DNA of 50,066 bases from an uncultured Eubacteriales bacterium (GTDB taxonomy: Bacteria > Bacillota > Clostridia > TANB77 > RGIG9151), in contig CAZVVZ010000001.1 in NCBI GenBank assembly GCA_964631135.1, positions 1 through 50,066 on the forward strand, read 5' to 3'. This document shows, piece after piece, positions 17,235 to 25,259 of this stretch. Position 1 is the first letter of the stretch; every line of letters begins with the position of its first letter. The notes below the pieces were generated by a model. It worked only from the letters and a program-made list of their open reading frames with translations, did not search any database and was not told the DNA's origin. The position numbers and the translations under genes were made by a program.

Positions 17235-18575
17235 ATGTTTTCTAAAATTTTGGTAGCAAACAGAGGAGAAATTGCCGTTCGTATAATAAGAGCTTGTAAA
17301 GAAATGGGAATCTCTACGGTTGCTGTGTATTCTGAGGCTGACCGTGATTCAATTCATGTAAGTTTAGCTGATGAAAGTATCTGTATAGGTCCGGCTTTTG
17401 CTAAAGACAGTTACCTAAATATGTCAGCTATACTATCTGCCGGTGTTGCGACAGGAGCACAGGCTATTCATCCCGGGTATGGTTTTTTATCTGAAAGCGC
17501 AAAATTTGCAAATTTGTGTGCACAGTGTAGGATGGCTTTTATTGGACCGACTTCTGAGATTATATCTAAAATGGGCGACAAAGACGAAGCAAGAAGGACA
17601 ATAAAGAAAGCAGGAGTACCTGTTATTCCCGGTACGGATATAATAAATGACGTTAAAGAAGGCAAAAAATTAGCAAAGGAAATAGGCTATCCTATTTTAA
17701 TTAAGGCTCGTGCCGGCGGCGGCGGTAAAGGTATTAGGCTTGTTAACAGTGATGCAGAATTTGATAATGCATTTTCAGAGGCGACTACCGAAGCTTCAAA
17801 AGCTTTTGGCGACGGAGCTGTATATATTGAGAAGTATCTTTTTCCGGTAAAGCATATAGAGATGCAGATTTTGGCGGACAGTTTTGGAAATGTTGTTTGT
17901 TTGGGAGAAAGAGACTGCTCAATGCAAAGAAAAAATCAGAAAGTTTTGGAAGAAAGTCCATCAATATTTATAGACGATTCTATTAGAAAAAATATGATAG
18001 AAGCTACTAAAAAAGCAGTAAAAGCTGTTAAATATACTAATGCCGGTACGGTAGAGTTTTTAATGGACAGTGATAAGAACTTTTATTTTATGGAAATGAA
18101 TACAAGACTTCAGGTTGAACATACTGTCACAGAAATGCTTACAGGAATAGATATTGTTAAATGGCAGATTAGAATTGCGGCCGGTATACCGATTGATTTC
18201 AAACAGGAAAAAGTTCAGCTGAAAGGTTCTGCGATAGAGTGCAGAATAAATGCAGAAAATCCGAATAAAGGCTTTACACCAAACTCCGGTAAGGTTACGC
18301 TTTTACATATCCCCGGAGGGCCGAAGGTTCGTTTTGACAGTGCATTATATCAGGATTATACTGTCCCTCCGTTTTACGATTCTATGATTGGAAAACTTAT
18401 TGTTTATGCACCGACACGTGAAGAAAGCATAAGAAAAATGAAAGCGGCATTATGTGAGCTTATAATTGAAGGGCTTGATACTAATATCAATTTCCTTATG
18501 GATATTTTGGATGAAGAAGAGTTTAAAAAAGGGACTTATACAACTAATTTTTTGTGTAATAGAAAATTCCTCTGA
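17235..18575 (+). CDS. accC: Biotin carboxylase
   Basis: 446 aa with KILVANRGEIAVRIIRA, ATP-grasp GGGGKGIR and EMNTRLQVEH. The last ~6 codons and the stop lie inside repeat module M3. Confidence 0.95.
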   Translation: MFSKILVANRGEIAVRIIRACKEMGISTVAVYSEADRDSIHVSLADESICIGPAFAKDSYLNMSAILSAGVATGAQAIHPGYGFLSESAKFANLCAQCRMAFIGPTSEIISKMGDKDEARRTIKKAGVPVIPGTDIINDVKEGKKLAKEIGYPILIKARAGGGGKGIRLVNSDAEFDNAFSEATTEASKAFGDGAVYIEKYLFPVKHIEMQILADSFGNVVCLGERDCSMQRKNQKVLEESPSIFIDDSIRKNMIEATKKAVKAVKYTNAGTVEFLMDSDKNFYFMEMNTRLQVEHTVTEMLTGIDIVKWQIRIAAGIPIDFKQEKVQLKGSAIECRINAENPNKGFTPNSGKVTLLHIPGGPKVRFDSALYQDYTVPPFYDSMIGKLIVYAPTREESIRKMKAALCELIIEGLDTNINFLMDILDEEEFKKGTYTTNFLCNRKFL

Positions 18576-18621
18576 AAAAGCGAGCAATAAAAAAGATTTT
18601 TATTACCAAGAAAGATACCTT
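18548..18621 (+). repeat. M3 repeated module, copy Y (uninterrupted), spanning the accC 3' end and the accC-accD spacer
   Basis: ttttttgtgtaatagaaaattcctctgaaaaagcgagcaataaaaaagatttttattaccaagaaagatacctt aligns block-wise with 9348-9401 plus 9568-9585, and with 46881-46905. Confidence 0.6.
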
Positions 18622-18650
18622 CTGAAAAACTTAAATAAAGGAGAGTAGTC

Positions 18651-19514
18651 ATGTTAAATAAATTACTTTTTAAGAAGCCGAAGAATAAATTGGAAACATA
18701 CGGAAAGTTGGCTAAGATTGCTAATCCTGATGTGCCTGAAGATATGTGCATTGTGTGTCCTTCCTGCCAGCAACAGGTTTTTTCCAGTGATGTGACGGAT
18801 AATTTAAATGTTTGTCCTAATTGCAGACATCATTTTAGAATAAATGCAAGGCAGAGGTTGAATATTATTTGTGATACTGACTCTTTTATTGAGCATGATA
18901 AAGACATGATAACCGATAAAGGGCTAGATTTTCCGGGATATAACAAAAAATTAAATCAGGCCCAACTTGAGAGTGCGGAAAAAGAAGCTGTTATATGCGG
19001 TGAGGCGACCATTAGTAATATAAAATGTGCAATTTTTGTTATGGATCCATATTTTATGATGGGGAGTATGGGAACTGTAGTGGGTGAAAAAATCACAAGA
19101 CTGTTTGAGTATGCGACTGAAAATAGTTTGCCGGTTATCGGATATACTGTTTCCGGAGGAGCTAGAATGCAAGAAGGAATTTTATCATTGATGCAAATGG
19201 CTAAAGTTTCCGGTGCTGTAAAAAAACATAGTGATTCAGGTAATTTATATATTACAGTATTAACAGATCCTACGACAGGTGGGGTTACTGCAAGCTTTGC
19301 TATGGAGGGAGATATTATTTTATCTGAGCCTCAAGCTTTAATTGGCTTTGCAGGGCCTAGAGTTATCGAGCAGACTATAAGACAGAAATTGCCTGTCGGC
19401 TTTCAAAGAGCAGAGTTCCTGCTTAATAAAGGATTTGTTGACTTGATTGTGGAAAGAAAAAAGCAAAAAGAACTTCTTTCTAAACTATTATATATGCATA
19501 GAAAGGAGAAATAA
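18651..19514 (+). CDS. accD: Acetyl-CoA carboxylase carboxyltransferase beta subunit
   Basis: Zinc-ribbon CPSCQQ...CPNCRHH at the N-terminus, then the carboxyltransferase domain (GGARMQEG). Confidence 0.9.
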   Translation: MLNKLLFKKPKNKLETYGKLAKIANPDVPEDMCIVCPSCQQQVFSSDVTDNLNVCPNCRHHFRINARQRLNIICDTDSFIEHDKDMITDKGLDFPGYNKKLNQAQLESAEKEAVICGEATISNIKCAIFVMDPYFMMGSMGTVVGEKITRLFEYATENSLPVIGYTVSGGARMQEGILSLMQMAKVSGAVKKHSDSGNLYITVLTDPTTGGVTASFAMEGDIILSEPQALIGFAGPRVIEQTIRQKLPVGFQRAEFLLNKGFVDLIVERKKQKELLSKLLYMHRKEK

Positions 19515-19516
19515 CA

Positions 19517-20284
19517 ATGACAGCATATGAAAAGGTTTGCATGGCAAGAGCTAAAGGCCGTCCTACATCTATGAGCTATATAAAAAATATTTTTGATGAT
19601 TTTATTGAGATGCATGGAGATAGAAGATTTGGCGATGATAAAGCAATTGTCGCAGGAATAGCGACGTTAAATAATAAGCCGGTGACTGTTATAGGAATTG
19701 AAAAAGGTGAAAATACAAAAGAGAGAATAGAAAGAAATTTTGGTTCTTCTCATCCGGAAGGCTATAGAAAAGCTTTAAGGCAAATGAAACTTGCAGAAAA
19801 ATTTAACAGACCGATTATTTGCTTTGTAGATACTTCGGGGGCTTATTGTGGCATTGAGGCTGAAGAACGTGGTCAAGGGCAGGCTATTGCGGAAAATTTA
19901 ATGGAGATGATGACATTAAAAGTTCCTATTATTTCTGTATTTGTTGGTGAAGGCGGAAGCGGAGGAGCGCTTGCTTTAGCTGTTGCGGATGAAGTTTGGA
20001 TGCTTGAAAATTCCGTTTATTCCGTTATTTCTCCGGAAGGCTGTGCCAGCATACTGTGGAAAGATTCTGCGAAAGTAAAAGAAGCTTCCGAATGCTTAAA
20101 ACTAACTTCAGATGATTTGCTCGCTAATAAAGTTGTTGAGAAAAAAATAAATGAAAATTCCGGTAAGTTTGAAGAAGTATATAACATTTTAAAGGATAAT
20201 ATGGTAGATACTTTAGAAAAACTGGAAAGCTTAAGCAAAGAAGAACTGATTGATAACAGATATAAGAGATTTAGAAAGTTTTAG
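19517..20284 (+). CDS. accA: Acetyl-CoA carboxylase carboxyltransferase alpha subunit
   Basis: 255 aa with [26 protein letters not shown] and [10 protein letters not shown]. Confidence 0.9.
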   Translation: MTAYEKVCMARAKGRPTSMSYIKNIFDDFIEMHGDRRFGDDKAIVAGIATLNNKPVTVIGIEKGENTKERIERNFGSSHPEGYRKALRQMKLAEKFNRPIICFVDTSGAYCGIEAEERGQGQAIAENLMEMMTLKVPIISVFVGEGGSGGALALAVADEVWMLENSVYSVISPEGCASILWKDSAKVKEASECLKLTSDDLLANKVVEKKINENSGKFEEVYNILKDNMVDTLEKLESLSKEELIDNRYKRFRKF

Positions 20285-20294
20285 GAGGTTAAGT

Positions 20295-20708
20295 ATGAAT
20301 AAAGATGAATTGAAAAAAATTTTACCGCATAGAGAGCCGATGCTACTTGTTGAAGAAGCAGAAAAAATTGATGAAAATAAAGCTATTGGGAAATATAAGG
20401 TAAAAGGTGACGAATGGTTTTTGCAAGGGCATTTCCCGGGAAATCCTGTTGTGCCGGGAGTTGTGCTTTGCGAGATGATGGCACAGGCTTGCTGTGTGAT
20501 ACTTGCAGATAAAGTAAGCGGTGCAACACCGTATTTTACAGGACTTAATAATGTTAAATTTAAAAATAAGGTCTTGCCGGGGGATGAGCTAATTACTGAA
20601 TGTGAGATTACTAAATCTAAACACCCTTTTTACTTTGCCACAGCTAAAGGGAGTGTCAATGGAAAACTTTCGGTTTGTGCGGATTTTTCATTTGCATTGA
20701 TAAAATAA
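20295..20708 (+). CDS. fabZ: 3-hydroxyacyl-ACP dehydratase
   Basis: The start is taken at MNKDEL, 5 nt after aggagg. It carries the hot-dog motif HFPGNPVVPGV. The stop codon lies inside the 12-bp direct repeat flanking T2 copy 2. Confidence 0.9.
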   Translation: MNKDELKKILPHREPMLLVEEAEKIDENKAIGKYKVKGDEWFLQGHFPGNPVVPGVVLCEMMAQACCVILADKVSGATPYFTGLNNVKFKNKVLPGDELITECEITKSKHPFYFATAKGSVNGKLSVCADFSFALIK

Positions 20709-20713
20709 AGTCT

Positions 20714-20936
20714 CTATTCAGGGAAAAAGGGGTTGAAAAAAACTCTTCCCTAAATAATAAAACATAGCACAGAGCTCATATAGTTTAAAAGATGCGAATA
20801 TTCACAGGAAACCATCCTATAGCATAGGATAAGAGGTTTCCGTCGTGAATCCTGAGCAACGTTAAACTATATGAGCTCTGTGCTATGTTTTATTATTTAG
20901 GGAAGAGTTTTTTTCAACCCCTTTTTCCCTGAATAG
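20714..20936 (-). repeat. T2 long-hairpin repeat, copy 2 (reverse), a 223-bp foldback flanked by a 12-bp direct repeat; possible MITE insertion
   Basis: ctattcagggaaaaaggggttgaaaaaaactcttccctaaataataaaacatagcacagagctcatatagtttaa ... and its reverse complement form the arms. gataaaataaag occurs at 20699-20710 and again at 20938-20949. Confidence 0.85.
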
Positions 20937-20962
20937 GGATAAAATAAAGATTTAGTTTATAT

Positions 20963-22135
20963 TTACTCATCTTCACTATCCAATAACATTTTTGACTCAA
21001 CTTCAGCTAAACTTGTTACAGAGCTTAGTTTTCTTTGAATTTGTCTTGTTCTGACACCTACGAGTTTATCTAAGTTATCATTTGCTTGTTCCAATCGCTT
21101 TTGCGTATCGCTTAAAACTGTAGCAAAATTATCAAATTCTGTTTTTACTGCACCCAGTACTTTCCAAACTTCACTTGAACGTTTTTGAATTGCTAAAGTT
21201 TTAAATCCCATTTGCAAGCTATTTAGTAATGCAGCCATTGTTGTAGGACCTGCAATTACAATTTTATACTTTTCCTGTAATTCTTCGATAAGACCCTGTC
21301 TTACCACTTCTGCATATAAACCTTCAAATGGTAGAAACATTATTCCAAAATCTGTTGTATAAGGTGGGTAAATGTATTTTTCTTTTATCTCCTTAGCACA
21401 TAATTTTATCATTCTAATGAGTTCTTTTACACATGTATCTATTTTTTCTTGGCTTCCGTTATCATATGCTTCAAGTAAATTTGAGTATGCATCTCCCGGG
21501 AACTTAGAATCTATAGGGAGATAAACAACTCCATCTTCATCGCCCGGTAATTTTACTGCAAATTCTACCACATTAGTAGATTTTGGCTTTGTTGCAATAT
21601 CAGTTTCATACTGTTCGGGTGATAAAATCTGCTCTAAAATAGCACCAAGCTGAATTTCGCCTAAAATACCGCGAGATTTTACATTTGTTAAGACTTTTTT
21701 TAAGTCTCCTACACCTGTTGCTAAATTTTGCATTTCTCCAAGCCCTTTATATACCTGCTCTAATCGCTCACTTACCAACTTAAATGATTGCGAAATTTTG
21801 TTTTCTAAAGTTTTTTGCAATTTCTCATCTACAGTGTTTTTCATCTCATCTAATTTTTTATTATTATTTTCTTGCATCTGATTTACTTTTGTATCTATTT
21901 GAATTAGCATATCATTTACCGTTCTTTGAAGGGTGTTATTTCGTTCTGTAAGCTGGTCGTTAAGCTCTGAGAGACGCTTATCCTGCATACTGGATAAATC
22001 AGAAAGCCTTCTGTCTTGCAATTCGGCGGTTTGCTTTTGTGTAGAATTTAACATATCACCTAAAAATTTTATCGCGATAAGCACAACGATTATTATTAAG
22101 ATTGTGGCAATCGCAACTCCTATGTATATTTCCAT
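20963..22135 (-). CDS. rmuC: DNA recombination protein RmuC
   Basis: 390 aa. An N-terminal TM helix is followed by a long coiled-coil and then a nuclease-like C-terminal domain (FGIMFLPFEGLYAEV, VIAGPTT), matching RmuC family architecture. Confidence 0.8.
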   Translation of the reverse strand: MEIYIGVAIATILIIIVVLIAIKFLGDMLNSTQKQTAELQDRRLSDLSSMQDKRLSELNDQLTERNNTLQRTVNDMLIQIDTKVNQMQENNNKKLDEMKNTVDEKLQKTLENKISQSFKLVSERLEQVYKGLGEMQNLATGVGDLKKVLTNVKSRGILGEIQLGAILEQILSPEQYETDIATKPKSTNVVEFAVKLPGDEDGVVYLPIDSKFPGDAYSNLLEAYDNGSQEKIDTCVKELIRMIKLCAKEIKEKYIYPPYTTDFGIMFLPFEGLYAEVVRQGLIEELQEKYKIVIAGPTTMAALLNSLQMGFKTLAIQKRSSEVWKVLGAVKTEFDNFATVLSDTQKRLEQANDNLDKLVGVRTRQIQRKLSSVTSLAEVESKMLLDSEDE

Positions 22136-22174
22136 TTGGTTTCCTCCTTTTAGAACAATATTATAAACAAAATT

Positions 22175-22849
22175 TTAACCGAGTACTTTTAAAGTTTTTT
22201 CGTAAATTTCTTCGTGTATATCGTCAATTGTACGTAAGCTGTTATTTACAGTACAGTTAATTTCGTCCCAATTATATTTATTTATTAAGTAACAAGCATT
22301 ATCATATGCATGTTGTAAATAGTTTTCGTCTTTTTCATGAATATCCTTTTGCTTTTCGTGTGAAAATTTGTTTTCTCTCTCTTTTATTAAAATTTGACTT
22401 ACATGAGGCGGAATATTTAAGAAAAATACCTTATCTGGCTTTGGAATTCCAAACATTCCATATTCAAAGTCACATAGCCATTTCAAAAATTTTTCTTTTT
22501 CTTCTAAATTATCTATTTTACTTGATTGATGAACCATGTTAGCGGTTACATATCTATCTAACAGCACAATTCCGCCATTTTTATAAAATTTTTCATAGTC
22601 TTGTTTATATGAAGCATATCTGTCTACGGCATAAAATGTAGAAGCAATATATGCATTTACGTCATTCGGATTTTCTCCAAACTCTCCGGATAGGTACATT
22701 TTTACTAAAGAAGAAGAAGGACTGTCATATCGAGGATAAGCAAGTTTCATTACATTTTTTCCATCTGCTTTTAGCCTATTAAAAAGCTTTTCAGACTGGG
22801 TCTGCTTTCCGGAACCGTCTAAACCTTCAATTACTATTATTTTTCCCAT
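22175..22849 (-). CDS. tmk: Thymidylate (dTMP) kinase, long type-I-like form
   Basis: 224 aa. P-loop IVIEGLDGSGKQTQ, then YPRY...SLVKMYLSGEFG and DRY motifs typical of dTMP kinases. Confidence 0.7.
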   Translation of the reverse strand: MGKIIVIEGLDGSGKQTQSEKLFNRLKADGKNVMKLAYPRYDSPSSSLVKMYLSGEFGENPNDVNAYIASTFYAVDRYASYKQDYEKFYKNGGIVLLDRYVTANMVHQSSKIDNLEEKEKFLKWLCDFEYGMFGIPKPDKVFFLNIPPHVSQILIKERENKFSHEKQKDIHEKDENYLQHAYDNACYLINKYNWDEINCTVNNSLRTIDDIHEEIYEKTLKVLG

Positions 22850-22911
22850 AATATAAACACCTCTGTTATTTTTTTATACTTAGAAATTCAAAAATATATT
22901 GAATAATAAAC

Positions 22912-23068
22912 GTTATTCTTCAGGCTTATATATGAAAATAATATATATGTTTTACCGGAACTCAGGATTTACAACGAAAGACTTTAAAAAATATAGGAAG
23001 TCTTTCTGCAAATATTCGTTCCTTTTAAAACATATATATTGTTTTCATGTAATAGTCTGAATAGTAAC
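22912..23068 (+). repeat. T1 long-hairpin repeat, copy D, forward (more degenerate arms)
   Basis: gttattcttcaggcttatatatgaaaataatatatatgttttaccggaactcaggatttacaacgaaagactt ... aagtctttctgcaaatattcgttccttttaaaacatatatattgttttcatgtaatagtctgaatagtaac. Confidence 0.85.
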
Positions 23069-23161
23069 TTATAAACATAAAAACTTCAGCTTTTACATTT
23101 ACTCTTTAATCATAAATATGATACAATATTGGTGCAAAGTTGTAAAGGAGATGAATAAGAT

Positions 23162-23611
23162 ATGAAGGTTAATAATGTCAGCCTTAGTTCTTCAGGAATC
23201 ACATCCAAAACAGGCGAAGGGAAAAAAATTCATAAATCCGGGACAACCAGCTTTTCAGATACTTTTGGGGGATATGAAAGGGAAAATGAAAAGCAACAGT
23301 TAGAACAAGATTTGAAAAAAATAAATGAAAAAGGTCAGTTTATTAAAGAAAAAATGGAAATAAAGGATTTAGTGGAATATAAGCAAATGATAAAAGAATT
23401 TTTAGAACGTACGGTAAAGTTTTCTCATAAATATTCTAAAGAAACAAAATTTGGCAGAGACGGCTCATATAAAGTTATTGGGATCGTTCAAAAAGTAAAT
23501 AAAGAATTAGACGAATTAACAGAGCAACTTATGAATTCAGAAAAAGATAAGATAAACATAGTTCAGAAAATTGCCGGTATTCAGGGCTTGCTTGTAGATA
23601 TGTTGATGTAG
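23162..23611 (+). CDS. YaaR/DUF327-family protein
   Basis: 149 aa, charged and helical. It sits immediately upstream of holB, as yaaR does in Bacillus. The call rests on size and synteny. Confidence 0.5.
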   Translation: MKVNNVSLSSSGITSKTGEGKKIHKSGTTSFSDTFGGYERENEKQQLEQDLKKINEKGQFIKEKMEIKDLVEYKQMIKEFLERTVKFSHKYSKETKFGRDGSYKVIGIVQKVNKELDELTEQLMNSEKDKINIVQKIAGIQGLLVDMLM

Positions 23612-23625
23612 AAAGGAAATGTATA

Positions 23626-24357
23626 ATGATAAAAGAGTTGGAACATGATATAAGTTCGGGGAAAATAAATCATGCATATTTTTTTGAATGTAGCAATGAT
23701 GATGTCGCATTAAAAGAAGCAAAGGAGTTTGCTGAAAAAATTTTGAACGGAGGTTTGGAAAACAATCCAGATTGCGAGATTGTTGAAACAGATGAGAAGT
23801 CTATAAAAGTTGCACAAATAAGAGAACTCCAAAAAGATATTTTAAAAAAACCGATTAGTGGGGAAAGAAAAGTATATATAATTCCTCAAGCCAATAAATT
23901 AAATATAGCTGCACAAAACTGTTTGTTAAAAACTTTGGAAGAGCCACCGGAGTATGTTACGTTAATAATGACTGCTTCGTCTATATATAGTGTCATAGGT
24001 ACTGTACGTTCCAGGGTTAAAACTGTAAGGCTACCTATCAGTATTGAGCTTGACATTAAACCGGAAATAATAGAAATTTTAGATACTTTAAAGTATAAAA
24101 ACAGGGTGGAGGTATTAAAATATTCAGAATTTTTTGAAAAAAACAAAGATAACATTATAGAAATATTACATGAAATGTTAATGTACTGTAACAAGAGAAT
24201 CTTGAATGAGAAAAATCAGTTGTCAGAACAGTATATTTATGATACAATTACTTTTGCTAAGTATGTTACAATAATAAATTTAGCGGAGCAAAGATTAAAT
24301 GAAAATAGTAATTTTTCAATGACAATAGATGAAATGTTATTAAATATGAGAGGATAG
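23626..24357 (+). CDS. holB: DNA polymerase III delta-prime subunit (short form)
   Basis: 243 aa with NHAYFF, AQNCLLKTLEEPP and the sensor region GTVRSRV. Confidence 0.75.
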   Translation: MIKELEHDISSGKINHAYFFECSNDDVALKEAKEFAEKILNGGLENNPDCEIVETDEKSIKVAQIRELQKDILKKPISGERKVYIIPQANKLNIAAQNCLLKTLEEPPEYVTLIMTASSIYSVIGTVRSRVKTVRLPISIELDIKPEIIEILDTLKYKNRVEVLKYSEFFEKNKDNIIEILHEMLMYCNKRILNEKNQLSEQYIYDTITFAKYVTIINLAEQRLNENSNFSMTIDEMLLNMRG

Positions 24358-24362
24358 GTAAG

Positions 24363-25238
24363 ATGACAAAAGTTATAGGTGTAAAGTTTAAGGATAATGG
24401 TAAAACATACTATTTTAATCCTAAAGATTTAGTTATTACAAAAGATGATTGTGTAATTGTAGAAACAGTTCGCGGTTTAGAATTTGGATATGTAACGTTG
24501 ACAGATAAAGAAGTAGACGAAGAAACTTTTCAGAATCCGTTAAAAGATGTTATAAGGGTAGCAACAGAAGAAGATTTCAAAAAAAATGAAGAAAATAAGA
24601 GAAAAAGCAAAAATGCCTTGGAAATATGCATTAAGAAAGCCAAAGAGCATAATTTAGATATGAAATTTATTGAAGCAGAATATACTTTTGATAACAGTAA
24701 AGTAATTTTTTATTTTTCTGCTGAAGGAAGGATTGATTTTAGAGAGCTGGTAAAAGATTTAGCAGCAATTTTTAAAACGAGAATAGAGTTAAGACAGGTT
24801 GGAGTAAGAGACGAAGCTAAAATGTTAGGCGGATTGGGACACTGTGGCAGGGAGTTTTGCTGTCATAAATTTTTATGTGATTTTCAGTTGGTGTCAATAA
24901 AAATGGCAAAAGATCAGGGCTTATCTTTAAACCCGACTAAGATTTCAGGTGCATGTGGAAGGCTTATGTGTTGCCTAGCTTATGAGCAATGCGGGTATGA
25001 AGAAAAACTAAAAAGAGTGCCTAAGGTAGGTTCACTGGTTTCTACTCCTATGGGTGAGGGAACGGTTGTTTCCGCTAATATACTAAAAGAAGAGGTTAGT
25101 GTAAAATTAGTAGTTGGTAAAGATGACGGTGTAGACTTAGAAAATTTTAAAGTTAGTGATGTAAAACTTATAAAAGGTGTTGCAGAAAAAAATAATAATG
25201 TAGAAGATGCAGAAGAATTAAAAGATTTAGAAGATTAA
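24363..25238 (+). CDS. ricT: PSP1-domain protein RicT/YaaT
   Basis: 291 aa with a conserved Cys cluster GHCGREFCCHKF...GACGRLMCCLAYE. It follows holB as in Bacillus. Confidence 0.8.
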   Translation: MTKVIGVKFKDNGKTYYFNPKDLVITKDDCVIVETVRGLEFGYVTLTDKEVDEETFQNPLKDVIRVATEEDFKKNEENKRKSKNALEICIKKAKEHNLDMKFIEAEYTFDNSKVIFYFSAEGRIDFRELVKDLAAIFKTRIELRQVGVRDEAKMLGGLGHCGREFCCHKFLCDFQLVSIKMAKDQGLSLNPTKISGACGRLMCCLAYEQCGYEEKLKRVPKVGSLVSTPMGEGTVVSANILKEEVSVKLVVGKDDGVDLENFKVSDVKLIKGVAEKNNNVEDAEELKDLED

Positions 25239-25259
25239 ACAGTTTTGGAGGTAGTAGGT

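Noticed and set aside
18466-18648. 60-aa ORF overlapping the accC 3' end.
   Set aside because: It is out of frame with a strongly supported accC, runs through the M3 repeat, and has no SD.
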